From Pocillopora damicornis (lineage: Eukaryota), in assembly GCF_003704095.1 (NCBI RefSeq), contig NW_020845389.1, forward strand, positions 372,001-436,000: a stretch of DNA of 64,000 bases, in the 5' to 3' direction. A model generated the notes under the pieces. The model ran no database searches, was not told the origin of the DNA, and saw only the letters and a program-made list of their open reading frames with translations. Below are positions 33,701 through 47,446 of the stretch, piece by piece; position 1 is the first letter of the stretch; each line of letters begins with the position of its first letter. Both the position numbers and the translations under genes were made by a program.

Positions 33701-35487
33701 TGGCAAAGAAAACAAGAACGAAACACAAATTTTTATTTCATACCAAATTTTCAAAGCTTAAATTATAAGCAATGTATGAAGTACAGTGTAAAGAATTGAT
33801 TTTTTTACCTTGGGAGTGAATGGATTAATACATACAGAAAATAGTGATAAATAATAATATTTTTCTTGTACCAAAGTGTGTCCTTGATGTATCCTCTTCA
33901 GGACTGGCTGGCTCAGACTTGACATCAGTTGCATCACCTGAGATATGAACAAATACTTAAATGTAAAAACAGTTATGTCTGGTTTCCCAGATCAGTCAAT
34001 TTTGACTTTGCAAGAGTCTGAACTCCTGAGAATGAAGTGATAAGAAAACATCACGGCTTATGGGAAAACAGGACCATCTGTTTTCACAAGGAACAGAACA
34101 TAATTGTTTTGTTGTACATCCATAGAATGAGAACCAAACAAATGAGCATCAACAAATACACAACTTTCTTTCTCTGATAGATGCAAATATGTGACAAGTA
34201 CATCATGAAAATTACCTAATATCAAATATAGACAAGACACAACCAAAGGTCAAAGAAAGTATTTCTTGTTTGCCCATAATAGGGAAAAAGCACTAATCCT
34301 CACAGGTGGACTGTACTTGAATAAAATACAGATGAAGAACTGAGTTTGAAACCTTTCCTCTCAAGTACTAGCTAGGTACTACCACTGATTAAGCTACAAA
34401 GCCAAAAGCTAACAGCAAGGAGAACTTCTTTAGGTTTTCCTTTCTCCTTTCTTTCTTTTAAGGTTGGTTTCACTGGCTGGAAAAATCCTGAATGGTCAGG
34501 GATTTCATTGTCTTCCCACCATCCCAGAGTTTAAAGACTTATTAAAATTAAAAATTGAAGACATCCCCTACTGCCTGGGTCAGAGACAAATTTGAAAAAT
34601 CAGGAGCATTTCTATTTTCCCAACATGTCCCAGATTTCTGCAACGATTGAGGGTTTATGAAAACTCCTATTTTTACCATAATGGGGATATTGGCCTAAGT
34701 TTTAGCTCACTATCAATCCCCTTGGCTCCATTATCCTTGAGTCACAAATAAAATGGCATCTGTATTCCATCAAGACAAACATCTGGCGATCTCCTGATAA
34801 TTATGTTTGCAACATCTGTGACGTTAGGAAAACAGTGAAATCACCAATGGCCTGGGATTTTCCCCACATAAGAAAACTAGCCTTCACTTCTTGCCCACTA
34901 ACCATTCCCTGAAATCTCCAATGCTTTCATAAAAAGAATTAACGAAAAATCAAATCAACAAAGTAATTAAATAGGTAGCTTACCTGGGTCATCATAAAGC
35001 TGGTCGGGGCCCCCTGGAATAACCGTCACAAGCTGAAAGAAAGGGATGGTTTACTTCAGACATAAGCTGTGTTTCTGATCCTCATATCAAATAAACAATG
35101 CTTGCGCACCGTGCAAAAATTGATCTACACGCACATATATGTACTCTGGTTTATATTTAGAATACAAGCTACTGAGATCATGGAAGTCTTCAACGACAGG
35201 AAAAACGTACTTCTTAAACAAAGAATACGGACAAAGGAATTTAAGGAAAAGGAAAATTAAGGAATTCCTCCTAAGTATAAATGGACATGAGTGAGCCACA
35301 TGACTTTCTGAGTCGATCGATCGCAAAAGGAAAATGATGCTACGGTGAATGAAGTGTTCCCTAGTCAGCAGAAAAATGAAACACCACTAAGAAAAGTCCT
35401 TAATGAGAGAAAGATCCCACACAAATCAATCTTGAACTAAGATTCGCTAACCTGGTGATTCGTAGGCCAGTCCTCGTCCTCGGCCAT
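30735..35487 (-). CDS. MLX: Max-like protein X (bHLH-Zip), 10 exons, 237 aa
   Basis: Exons 35487-35452, 35032-34984, 33937-33872, 33000-32906, 32802-32703, 32223-32124, 32007-31971, 31492-31445, 31261-31145 and 30800-30735 join in frame over 714 nt. bHLH-Zip: HSAAEQKRRDAIRKGYDDLQTIVPTC, KLSKAIILQKSIEYI, LRKEVMALKIMKTNYEQI. DCD motif: LSACIFSWLEEYCKPQ. Confidence 0.95.
31633..31938. mobile_element. piggyBac-type MITE with an internal ~110-bp tandem duplication
   Basis: TTAA-CCCTT...AAAGGG-TTAA ends. The block GCTGACAAG...GCAATCAGGAGCT...TTTCCTTTTTTCTCATGA occurs twice. Confidence 0.75.
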
Positions 35488-35730
35488 TTTGAGTCCTTAC
35501 CACCTACCGGATGTGATTGCATTTCCCGTATGTAAGTGGAGGTTTACAGAGCCTTGTGGGTTTGCTCCTCCCAGAACATTGCCTGATTTGGTAAAAAAAG
35601 CTGCACAGACAATCAGCTGAAGACTGGTTGGAGTACTTCGTATATTTTACGCTTGTCACAGCGTTGTTCGTCAGTGTGGTCTGTGAATAACGAAGAAAAC
35701 ACTAATTTGTTTCATCGAAGACGTGCCAAA

Positions 35731-38700
35731 ATGAATCCATCTTGTGCCCGCTGTAAAAAGACCGTCTATCCAATGGAAAAGCTGAATTGCTTGGATAAGG
35801 TGGAGTAAACTCATTCCATCCCATGTTGGCAGTGAGAGCGTGGGGTTCGCTCGTTATAAGGCTTCGCGATGTTGGCGTGTTTTGTTCTGACATCTTGCTT
35901 CTGTTTCTGCTTTTTCAGTATTGGCACAAAGGATGTTTTTCTTGCGAAGTTTGTAAAATGACGTTAACGATGAAGAATTATAAGGGGTACAGCAAGCTAC
36001 CCTACTGTTCAGCGTAAGTCAGTAAAACTGTAGTTAATTATCTAGAGTCCTGCCACAGCGATTTCCGTCTGAATATTGTTACGCATGCATTTCACATTTG
36101 CATAGAAATAAGCGTTAAGACTCCCTGTGTCTACAAAACGGTTATCAATCGTGAACCATTTGTTACTTCAGGTTAATTGCAATCACCAACTGCGCTAGCT
36201 AGTTGTCACGACCAAAAATCTCTGGATTTTCGATTTTTCTTCCTCTTGAACAGTCGCTACGTGCTAATAGTTAACTGAATGATTTAGCGTCGAAAATCCA
36301 TTGCATTTAGAATATAATGCTTCTTCCCTCAATTAAAGTCACTTTCGAAATATTCAACGGTTACTATCCTTCTTCCTTAGTCCAGTATCGTTCAAGACTG
36401 AATTGTTTGTACGTTCTTTGAATATTCTCGGATCGTGTGCATTATTTTGCCACAGTATGGAGTATGTGAATAATAAAGCTAATCTATTTGACATTGCACA
36501 AATCTGCCTGTTATTGAAAACGCTGTAGCGATAGAGTAGATTGGAATCTCAATTGCGATAGCTAGATTTGCTCTCGTCAAATCGTTACACCCTGTGATTT
36601 CTATTTTTTTTGATTTCATGTTGAGGTGAAAGGTGAAACTTCTGCAGAAACTTCTATTCAGCTCACTCCTGTTAAGTTTTGTTTAAAATCAAATGAATAT
36701 CGTCAGAAATAAATTAAAGTTTTCGTCAAGAAGGTGATGAAAAATATCTGTTCATTTGTTCGTACAGTATTGATTGTACACAGTCCTCGCCACGTTATCA
36801 TGGCTGTCGGAGAGACTTTTTTGTTTATGTCTGTTGTTCCTCTGTTTTGATTAATTAGTAATGGTTCCCTCGGTCGAAAGAATTAGTAATTAGCTGTAAT
36901 CCTTGTTCGTTATCTGTAAATTGTTCCCCCTGTTTTTGTTTACACAAATTGCTGATTAAAATTTCCCTTCCAAGGGTTCATTGAAATACATTTTAAAAAA
37001 AATTATGGAATTTTTGTCCATGGGTGTGAGACATTTACATGTGCTTTGCATGGTTGGTGTTGTGTCATGTAATTTCACAGAAATTCCACCTTTTTGAGGA
37101 AAACTTGAAAATGGGAAGGACTACTATTTGTTGCTTATTTTAATGTTTGATTTTACTGGTTTGGCACTTTACAACTCAAGAAAGATGTTAACATTGATTA
37201 TCATGGTGAAATACAAGCCTGAGGCTATTTTTCGTTTTCCAATCATTTTTAACTGTTCTCCCAACTTTGTAAGTGAGTTTTTACACAGCAGATCAAAAAA
37301 GCACAGCCTGTGAAAAGCTCATTTATCTTGTAGCAAACATTACCTTTTCTGTAGACCACATCCCTTTTTTCTATATGTTGCTATTGTAGAGATTAAGAAG
37401 GGAAAACAGGTGTTTGGGCCTGTAGCCCCTAGTTTTTAATAGTAATGTCATGCCAAATGGTATGGGCCATTGCAGATGCAAAGTTGGTAAGCTGGGGGAA
37501 AGGGAACATGGGTATTTTTGTTAGTGATATAACTCAGTTACACAGTATCCTACTGGTAGCAAAAGAATGAAAAAGTTTTATTTACGTGTCACTGAAAGAA
37601 AACAAACTGAACAAGTGTCCTGTTCAGGTGAAGAGCAATCAATGCATGATACAGTACTTATGAACTTAAGGTGTATACATCCTTCCTCAGTTGAAACAAT
37701 CTTGTTTAGTAATTGTAACCTAATGACATGGGAGACTCGAATTAATGTTTAAATTTTCTAATGGATTATTTAAACAATCGTTTGCCAAAGTGAATGTTGT
37801 TGAATAATCCTGAGACAAAATCAAGGGAATTATTCAACAATGTTTGCTGAGCCAGAGACAAATAATTATTTTAGTTTAATTGCTCGGGTGCTTTTGAATT
37901 CAATTGTAAATGCTGTAAATAAAGATAGCATTGGGCATATTTTATTACAATCACCTACCTATCAGATCATGTGCATCTCTATAATCAGGTGAGCAATTAT
38001 ACTAAATCATTTTAACAATTGTCAGAGTTGCAAATATTCTTCTTCATCAATGTCCACAAAATATCCTGGGCCAAATGTCGTGGATTGCCTCGCTTTCTCT
38101 TTTAAAATGATTTGAATATGCTTTTCAGGCACTACCCCACTACAAAATTTACAGCAGTGGCTGACACACCAGAAAACCTACGGCTGGCTTCAAATACAAA
38201 GAAACAGAGCAATGTGAGTTGACTTTGTTTGCTAATGAAAAGGGGATAAGTCTCTAAAAAAACTGTGAGGCATGCTGGTGGGGAGTACAACAAGATAATT
38301 TTGTTGTAATCAACTGAGTTGATAATGTTAATTGGCCACTGTAAAGAATTTCGAAGTTGGTGTTTAAAGCATTAGCCCTTCATTAGAGAAAAGGCTGTTT
38401 GCATGCATTCAGGGAAATTTGGTGAATTGCTTTAAGGTCATCCTGTGAAGGACTAACATCCTGTCTTAATGGATGAGCAAAATTCCCTTTACCTCTATGC
38501 CAACAAAATTGGGATAAGAACTCGGTGTCTTGCAATAAGGATTGGAGTAAGAGGGATTTTTCTTGGGAGATTTTGGAGAAACAAGCCATAGGTAAACACT
38601 GCTTTGTTCAATTGAAGTACCATGTGCTTTGCTATCACTTACCCTGCAAGAACATACACTGCTGCTGCTTGTGGAACACCAAGGCTCTTATGTGAATCAT

Positions 38701-40722
38701 GCAGTAAGGGGCTAGTAAGGGTCTCTTGTGCATCACTCTTTCTATCAATCTTTCAGATTCAATATCACAAGGACTTTGAAGCTCAAAAAGGGCATTACAC
38801 ACCAGTGGCTGATGATGCAGAGACAAAGAGGGCTCAGGAGAGCAACAGGATTGCAAGCCAGATAGCGTACACTCAACACTCTTCAGGACAGAGTCGTCTT
38901 GGCATTCAACAACGTAGCCAGGAAGGTATGTTTTTTTTTGAGTTGTGGGTAGATGTTTCCAAGTTCAAAAAATGGCAAAATATGTAGGATGAAAAAGTGG
39001 CTGGTTTGGGATAACTGGGCTCTGAATGCTATTGTCTAGTAGAAAAGATATAAATCTATGCCTGACTAACCTAAGAAGTAGTGAAATAAGTGAAATAAAA
39101 GGTTGTTTTGAGCCACTTGTATATATGGTAATCAGGAAGTTTAGTAGCCTGGCATATAGACAAGATGATATTGACTCTATGTGACTCTTAAAAGTTCACT
39201 TTGTCTTAATTCTACTTTGTAACAGTGTTGATTTAAATGTCATACAAAAATTGCAATTTCATTAAAAAGCAGTTTGTTTGGAAATGACCTGGTTAATTAT
39301 ATTTTGGCAAATAACTGTTTCTTGCAAGGTTAGTTTTAATCCTATCACTCCTAAGAGTGACAAGCATCCAATATCTCTTCTCACTATCAATGTTGAATCA
39401 AGCATTATGATCACAAGAGGAAAGGAAATGATTGCCATTTGAAGAAGTTAAACAAATTCTCCTTTTCAGCCTCTGAGGAAATAAACATATGCTGATGTTA
39501 GGGTGTAAAGTGTTGAAGTGAATGGGTAAAGTTCTGATATAATAAGTCATGATAGAATCAGTTTTTAAGTGAGAAGAATAAGTATTTGGCTGAAATTTTC
39601 TCTTAATCCATCTAATGTACCCAAGCAAAGCTACAATTTCTGGCATCTTGACTCAGCTGTTAAACCTTCCTTTGCATTATTAGAAGTGAGACAAATTCAG
39701 ACTCAGCGGCGCATGTCTCAAGAGCATCCAATGGCAGCAGATCATTCATATCAACCTCCACCACAAGCGTATGTGCCAGAACCTTCACCACCAGCACCAA
39801 ATCCTGCTCCAGTATCAAGTGGAAAGGTTAATGTTTTTCTGAAGAAATAGCTTGGTGCTGGGTTCTTTGCTAGAAAGCATAATCATGTAGTCTTGTAAAA
39901 GTAAAACAGAGCAATGACATTGGGCAATCAGATTGAAATAAAGTACCAAAAGGAGCCATTGACTGGGTTTTCATGAGGTGGTGGAAAAAGTTCAGATTTT
40001 GTGTCAGCTACTTTGTTAACTGTGAACAGTTTTGAACTGGTTCTAACATTAATGTCTGTGTAAAAAAGTTACTCAGGTATGCCTCAGAATTCTGGAAATC
40101 ACATCTCAGAGAGTTTCACCCTTTTCAAATTTTTCCAGGGGAGTATGTTCTTTATGCTCTCCCACCCCCCCTAGAAGGATCTATTACATTTGTAATGTTA
40201 ACCCTGCACTGAGAGTTTGTGGTAAATAACAGAGGAAAAACTGGAATTGAAGGAAACACAAATTAATATGTTACATTCAGAATTGGTTTTGTATCTGATT
40301 TGTTGAGAGCATGGGGCAAGTTTTTCTCTACCTTCTCAAAACTGGATTGCTTTTCATGCTCACCAGAAAATTGTTATAATGGTTATCAGTTATGCAAAGT
40401 TCATTTCCATAACTTCTGATTCTTGTGGAAATTTTACCAATGATGCTTGAAACACCTTATAGAATTGGGTCTTGAATTTATTGAATTACTGATATGTTGC
40501 AATGAGACCTAGCAACACAAACTGATCAAATTTGCATTTTTCCTCTGACAGAAATATGTGGCTCTGTATGACTACACGGCAGCAGATGATGACGAGGTCA
40601 GTTTTATGGAAGGCGACTTGGTCAGTGATGTTACAGTGATTGACGATGGGTGGATGGAGGGACGAGTGGAAAGAACAGGAGAGTATGGAATGCTGCCTTC
40701 AAATTACGTTGAGTCAATTTGA
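35731..40722 (+). CDS. LASP1: LIM and SH3 domain protein (LASP1/nebulette-like): LIM, 2 nebulin repeats, SH3; 6 exons, 243 aa
   Basis: Exons 35731-35799, 35919-36013, 38129-38213, 38757-38925, 39684-39826 and 40552-40722 join in frame over 732 nt. LIM: [35 protein letters not shown]. Nebulin: [19 protein letters not shown]3: [17 protein letters not shown]...GWMEG...GMLPSNYVE. Confidence 0.96.
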
Positions 40723-43700
40723 TGAAGAGATGTAGCTTTATTTTGCCTTTGAGCCAGATTGTTAGTTGCATTTGTTAGGAAAATAAATTAAATAGTGTGT
40801 TGGACTTTTGTTAAGGGTGACGTCAGTAGAATTTTCTTGACTAACATGATAATATTGATGACTCATTTGGTGCTCGAGCCTTTTACCCAAGATATTTCAA
40901 AGTTGTCACAAATAGGAAATTAGCCATGTGAAAAATTAAATTCACCATAAAAGTTTAATATTACTAACTCAGTTAAGAAACATTCTATAGTACTGAACTA
41001 AGAAAATAGTAGACAAGCGTGAAATTGATTACACCAGAAGAAATATGAATGTAACTTTGCAGTGGTTCAAAGATCATGCATTATTACTCAAACTGATTCT
41101 CCTCCATTCTTAATGGAAGGTAACATTATAAATGTGGTGATGGCTTGGGCAGTGAGTGTGAGCTTTTGTATGTTCATGTTTGTTGATCTGTTTGAAGAAT
41201 TGACTGAAAGCAGATGGGTGGAACCCTATTTCTTAGATCTGTGTTCTGTGTAAGCCATAAGATGCTGTAATTTTATGGGTGTCTACAGAAAGAGTAACTA
41301 CTGAGAGAAATTCATATACTTCATTTGAGATATTCCTAGGTATCAAACAGTAAGAGAAATACATCTAGGTACATGTAGGGTAGAATTCATGCCATATGGA
41401 ACATGAGCCCCAAACTGGTGTTATCGCATGTACCATAAGAGCTTTGGCTTGCTAAAAGTTGAAGCAGTTTTTTAGGGGAAAAATTTCCTTAATATTTATC
41501 ATTAAAAGGTGGTAACTTTTGCTTCATGTGAAAGGTGAAACATTTTGTTTTCTATTAATTTTGAAACCTGCTAACAACTGAACAACAAATCCAAATCCAC
41601 TTAGGCATCAGTTGATTTGAAGTGGGAAAGTCAGCCATCACAAAATGAATTGGCTGCTAGAGATTTCAAGTAAGACATTTCAGTGTCTGCCACTCAGGCC
41701 TGTTTTTCCTTCACTGTGCTGGCATAAGTGTCCATATCAATCAAAAATTTTTCAATCAGTATGCATGTGCTTGCACTTATACTTGCTTTGAGGCAGTTTT
41801 TGCTGGGGAATGAGCACTTTTATGCATTTTCTTTTATCAGTAGTGCAAACAGGTCTTCCAACTGAAGGTTCAAGACAAATCACTTGCAACAAAGAAAGTA
41901 AAAGGTCTTGACTCAGTTAAAGCTGATGCCCAGATACAAACATCAATCAGGGATTTTTTGTCCACTGTTTGCTTTTTTTTAAAAATAAAGTTAACTCTAT
42001 GTTTACATTTAGTATGGTAGTTTTCTGTAAATCACCACTAAATACTTAATTTAGACTCTAGGGGATAGGTGCTGTCCACACCAATCTAACCAGCATTATT
42101 TCAGGAATGTTCTTTCATTTTTTTCCTTTGAATAATCTCCTATTCTGTATTGCCTAAACGTTTTTCTTATCACAATTTTCTCCTTGTGGGAACATTTTTG
42201 ATAAGTGTAGTATTACTGCAGTTGAATGATCATGTTCTTGTATGATATCCAAAAATAGTTTTCCGTTTTGCATGTAAATCCATACATGTTGAACCTTTAG
42301 TTTGGTTATTTTGTCTCTCGTTGAGCGCTCTTTGACTGGCTGTCGTGGAATCAACACCAAAGTGGACAATGAGGAGAAAGAAAGATATTCTAAGGAGCCA
42401 ATGAGATATCAAAGTAAACTAAAGAAAACTACTATAAGTGCGGGAAAACGCGAATGATTAACGATTGGCCGAATTTCATTTTGCCTAATCATCGGACGTG
42501 GAGAAGCAGAAGCCGTTCAATTCTGCTTTACTTTTAATATTCAGTAGAAATTTGCTCCAAGACAAGAAATTGGCTTTTGGGCAGAAATTAAAACTTTCAG
42601 CAAATAACAGTGTTCTCCTTTTCAGGCAGTAACCGGTAACACTTACCGCCTGTAGTACCTCTTATTACCGTTTAAAATTGCTTGGAATTCTTGAAAATTC
42701 AACAAGTAAAAGGATCGCTTTACCGGTTTGAAAATTTATTTTACCTGTCATGCGTAAAATAAGGGAGAACACTGAAATAAATGCAGGGTTAGTACGGGTC
42801 CTGGAAAGCGTAGAAAGTTTTCAGAATTTTCATGAGAGGAAATATATGTAAGACAGTAAGGAGAATTGAGTTTGAAATCTTGGTAATGAGAGGGTTTAAG
42901 GTGATAATCGAAGCCGTGGAAAAATCAATCTTAGTCCTTGAAAAGCCGTGGAAAAGTTCTTCAAATTTGTTTCTGAAAATGGGTATAAACCCTGTTAATG
43001 ATCATTTACGGTGGAGCCCTTGGGGTTTTTTTAGTAGATTACAGGTTAACGTGACAAATCTAAATCGTGCCCCTAAATTCTTAAACTTCCCCACCAAGCT
43101 TCAGAGTTGAAGAAGTCGTTAAGTGGAAACTCTTTTTACAGGTGATACATGTGGTACCCGGCTGCTTTCCCCTTAAGCCCTCCCTCCCTCCCTCCCCAGC
43201 CCTTTCCCCTCCTCACCGCCCTAATTCTTCTTGTAATCTGAAATTGAGCCCCAGGACTACTCTACAATAAAGGCTCGGTTACTTTGTCTCCTCGTCGAAG
43301 AGGGTACCGAAGAAGATCGAAGATGCCGTTACGATATCTTCTCAGGTTAGTCTTGAAGTCCTTTTACCAGTGTTAAGTTTGTTCTGTGGTAGAAGTTTCC
43401 AGTTTACCATTGTAATCAAGTCGTGGTACAACTTAAATAATCGTAAGGAAATTTCATCACATGATGTTGAAACGTACACTGTACAGTGACAGAGTGAACC
43501 TTAAGCTGGAAACGTCAGCTTTGGCTAAGCTGCAGAATACCTTGCAACTCATTTTACATGTCACTGAATAGGAATAACGTTCATTGTATTGTGCCTCGAT
43601 CTTCAAAGCCTCCCGACACATGTAAATGAGGTGGACCAAAGTGGCAGGGTATTCTGCAGTTGCTCTCCCGTTCGTTACTTTAAAATTCTAAGTCACTTTT

Positions 43701-43733
43701 CTGGGGTGTTATTTGCAAATTGATTTTGTTTCC

Positions 43734-45267
43734 ATGTTTTATAGTTTTCTGGCCAATGAACAAGTCGTTGAAAGAGTAAGTAATGAACCTATGAAACTTA
43801 TTGAGACAAAGCAGTCTTAAGTGCTGAATGCATCATGCATTCAGCACTTAAGAAAACATTCACTCGAACATGATTAACTAAATCTTGTTCGAGTGAGTGC
43901 TTTAACACAAATGTTAAAGGCTTTAAAAATTTTTTAATCCACCTTTCCATTATCATTTATTCTCATAGTTTGGTTGTATCAACTTAGTTGATAATCATAA
44001 TGTGAATTGATCATGGTTAAGAGTTTCTGAAGCTGACATTTTGAGTGTTAGCCCTTAGTTAGAGGGAGAGTCTGATGCAAAGGGCTAATGCTCAAAACGT
44101 CAGCTTTACTGTGGTTGAGTTACATTATCAACTCAGTGGATAAAAACAAAATTATCTTGTAATACCCCCTACAGATGCAGCACAACAGTTTCTGTCAAAA
44201 CTTGAACCATTTTATTTTACACTGCCTTAATCTAAACCTACACAAATGCTTTTTCATTATTTTGTGAATATTCTTTTTTTTTTTTATTTTGTACATTAAA
44301 TTGTACAATTGTATTTTGCCTTTCTTTTGAGAGAATGAATTCAAATAGATATTCAGAATGTTATTTTTGCAAAGATCAATAGTATTTGGACTTACCTAGT
44401 GACCTTTTTTTTTTAATGATCACCCTCTAATTTACAAGATGAAATTTAAAATGTATTTGTTATTTACAACAGTCATAATTTTAAGGTCTTTAAACAGGAA
44501 GTAAATGCTTGACTAATTAAGGTTTGCTGTTGTTGACAGCTTGCTAATTCATACCCCATTCGTCGTCTGGCTCAGCTGACACATTACACCTACAGACAGG
44601 TAACACTGTGGGGTAAGTTTGTAATTAAGACTTTCATTCTCTGGTGTGACTTAGGAATTTATCTGTAAAATAGAGCCTGTTAAAGTTCCTGGTTGTTTGA
44701 AAGGTGGGTAACACCATCCTCTGGAGAAATCACCTTCTGTTGGATAGCGCAGTATGTTTTATTAACACCTATCTGCTGAATAGCAATTTATCCATCCTTT
44801 GTGCAAATCAAGTTAAGGTGTTAACTTAGTAACATGGAGCAAAATGGTAAATAACAAGATAGCAGTAGCAGTAGCCCAATTTCATTTTGTTAATAGTTCA
44901 CTAGTAAAAGCCTCAGAATTTTAAGGAGCCATGCTAGTCAGGAATAAATCAATTGTTGTTATTTAATTGTGATTATTATGAGGATCATCATTACAGCTTG
45001 AGAACCAATCTGCTTTCACATCAAAAATGAAATCATTAGCCCTCTAAATTAAATCAGAAATAATTCAGTCCCAACTCAAATACAAGAATCTATTTATTTT
45101 TGTTAATAGGTAATGATGCTCTTGATAAAGCTGTCAAATCTAGGGAGGCTCCAGAAAATGTTAAGAAAAACAGCCAGATGTCAAACAGAGTTGTCTCCTT
45201 CTCAAGGAATTTTTTCAAAAATGTTCAGGAAGAGATAGATAAGATCCAACAGAAACCAAGACAGTGA
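43734..45267 (+). CDS. NCBP2AS2: NCBP2AS2-like small protein, 3 exons, 90 aa (missed by the ORF track)
   Basis: Exons 43734-43775, 44540-44612 and 45110-45267 join in frame over 273 nt: MFYSFLANEQVVERLANSYPIRRLAQLTHYTYRQVTLWGNDALDKAVKSREAPENVKKNSQMSNRVVSFSRNFFKNVQEEIDKIQQKPRQ. QVVERLANSYPIRRLAQLT matches the recalled human QLVERLSESRPIRRAAQLT. Confidence 0.85.
43975..44205. mobile_element. degenerate Penelope-like copy with back-to-back hammerhead remnants
   Basis: agctgacattttgagtgttagccctt...ctgatgcaaagggctaatgctcaaaacgtcagct, with the same tail as the 21260 copy. Confidence 0.6.
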
Positions 45268-46520
45268 CATCATCACCTGTCCATTGGTAGTCTTGTGTGA
45301 AATCTTGAGGAGGTTAACCTTTTACCTTTTTGTTCTAGAACAAAATGGAGAAAGTTAGGAACTTATGAGATGGTTGTTTAAAAGTGACAGGGTGCAAAGA
45401 AAATTGATGTTTCAGCTTGCCCTATGGAACCATTTCCAGCTAGCCCTAAACCTCTTCATACCAGCCTTTCTTCATCTGCAGACAAAAAAGTGTCAATCTT
45501 TTACTTGCCCTTTAAGCAAGTAATATATTAAATTCATCAGATCAAGCGGAAGATCAGCTTGCCTTGGGCTAATGGTCAAGACTCTCTCTGCATGCTGCTT
45601 GAACCCTGCATTGTGGGTTATTTTCCAGTTGTTTCAACTTGCAAGACCATGGGACCAAAGAAATGTGAACAGACAAAAGGAAATTTAAGTTCCCTTTTTC
45701 CAGAGGATATTATTAAACTTCAAAAGAATCATTTGAAAAATATATGTAAATGCAAAGAGGAGCATGATAATGTTAATTTTTGGATGTTGCTAACCTTTGA
45801 AAACTGGTTTTCAACAGACAAGCCTAACCTTACTGAACCACTAGTGAAATGAAGGGATATTTTTTTTTACCATTGATGTTTGTTTTCTTGTCTTAAAATT
45901 TTTCTGGGCTGGAATGTTCAGTACAGATGATGGCCAAAGTCAAAATGCCCTTGCAGACTCCAACATACCGTAAGTGGAAAATTTTCTTTTGCTGCAAATT
46001 CTTATGTGGTAAAACTGGGGTTTTTAACTCTTACAGGTGGAACCATTAGATAAGATTATAAAGGAGCCTATAGGAAGTTGACAAGAAAAAATAATACCCG
46101 TTGACTATGTTAATGTTTAAGATATTTTGTGTAAATATTGATGCATATCTGAATCTTTGAATTGCAAAGTGGATTACAAGTGGCTAGATATCAAAATGGT
46201 CTAATCCTTATCATGTCACGGTTTCCTAAATAGTTTTCCTCAGAAAATTCACACAAGATACTGTCATACTATCAAGTACATGCGTAGAACGATGTTGTAT
46301 TTCTCAGACTGCATAAGAACAATTTTGTCAGCCACCTTCATTGTTTTTCAGATCATAAACATGACTGTGGTAGCAATGTACAGATAACCAGGTCCAAATT
46401 GCAAAAATATACGTAAAGGTTAAAAGATGCATATCTCACTGGAAATCATGAAAGTGATCTCCTTGGAAGCCTTTCTCACAACATGCTCCCAGAGAGCATG
46501 GTGCACGACAACCCAAATGA

Positions 46521-46719
46521 ATGAAGGGGGTTAGTTTCTAAAGAAACTGTGGTGCTGTGTTGATGGGAGAGTATAACAGGGTAATTTAGTATTATCAACT
46601 GAGTTGATGACAATAAGTGGCCACTGTAAAGGGTTTTAAAGGGAAAAAGGTGATGAAGGGTTAATGCTTGAAATGTCAGCTTTGAAACTCTTTATGATGG
46701 CCAATTTATGTTATCGACT
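46521..46719. mobile_element. Penelope-like insertion with a degenerate hammerhead
   Basis: 12-bp TSD CAACCCAAATGA at 46509-46520 and 46720-46731; contains gtgatgaagggttaatgcttgaaatgtcagc. Confidence 0.7.
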
Positions 46720-46848
46720 CAACCCAAATGACAGCTCAGTTACCTTACTCACAACATGCCCCTGCAGAGCATAACCCATGACCACCCAAATGACAGCTGC
46801 TGAGGAAACTGACATGAAAACCGTGTCAAATACTTCATCTTCTTTTAA

Positions 46849-47052
46849 CCCTTTGACTCCTAAGAGTGACTAACATTTAATTTCTCCCTACAATATCACT
46901 CCTGAGTCACACTCTAAGGTCACGAGAATAAAGGAAATGATCACCAACTAAAGAAGCTCTTGATTGTTAAACAAGTTCTCCTTGTCTGCAAGTTGAGAAA
47001 CATGTAGAGGACAGTATGGAGAATATGCATACTCATGTTAGGGTGTAAAGGG
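46849..47052. mobile_element. piggyBac-type MITE (204 bp)
   Basis: TTAA at 46845-46848 and 47053-47056, with CCCTTT...AAAGGG termini. Confidence 0.85.
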
Positions 47053-47446
47053 TTAACTGAACATCTATCATACCACTGTATGCAATGTGAGGGTAAACAA
47101 CAACAAAATAGTATTGTGTCTCTCGGAAAGCATGGCATCCTATGGTATCAGGTTGAATAGCTGGTACTAATGCCCACTTAGCATTCACTTGAACTCACAA
47201 TAAAGATGAGAACAGTAAATGATAGTTTTCTTTGATCAGACAAACACACTAAACTAATAAGTTGTGAGTGGCCATGTCTTCAAATTTAACTTTCAGTTGC
47301 ACTTACAACATTTAACAGATAGTTTCCAACTAACTGAACCAACCCTGCCCTTGTTTGAATTTCAAACTAAAGCAATGGTAATTTGTTATAGAACTATGTA
47401 TTTCCTTTTTTGCAATTGTTTAGCAAGTGGCTGGGTGATGTGAGGT

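Noticed and set aside
43255-43350. Peptide ARLLCLLVEEGTEEDR resembling the HEPN start ARLCRLLVDVG
   Set aside because: The match is short, ends at a stop, and has no downstream HEPN motifs, so it is probably chance.
43815-43910. H/ACA snoRNA reading of the twin hairpins (AGAAAA hinge, downstream ACA)
   Set aside because: The stems are short and lack the internal pseudouridylation pockets.
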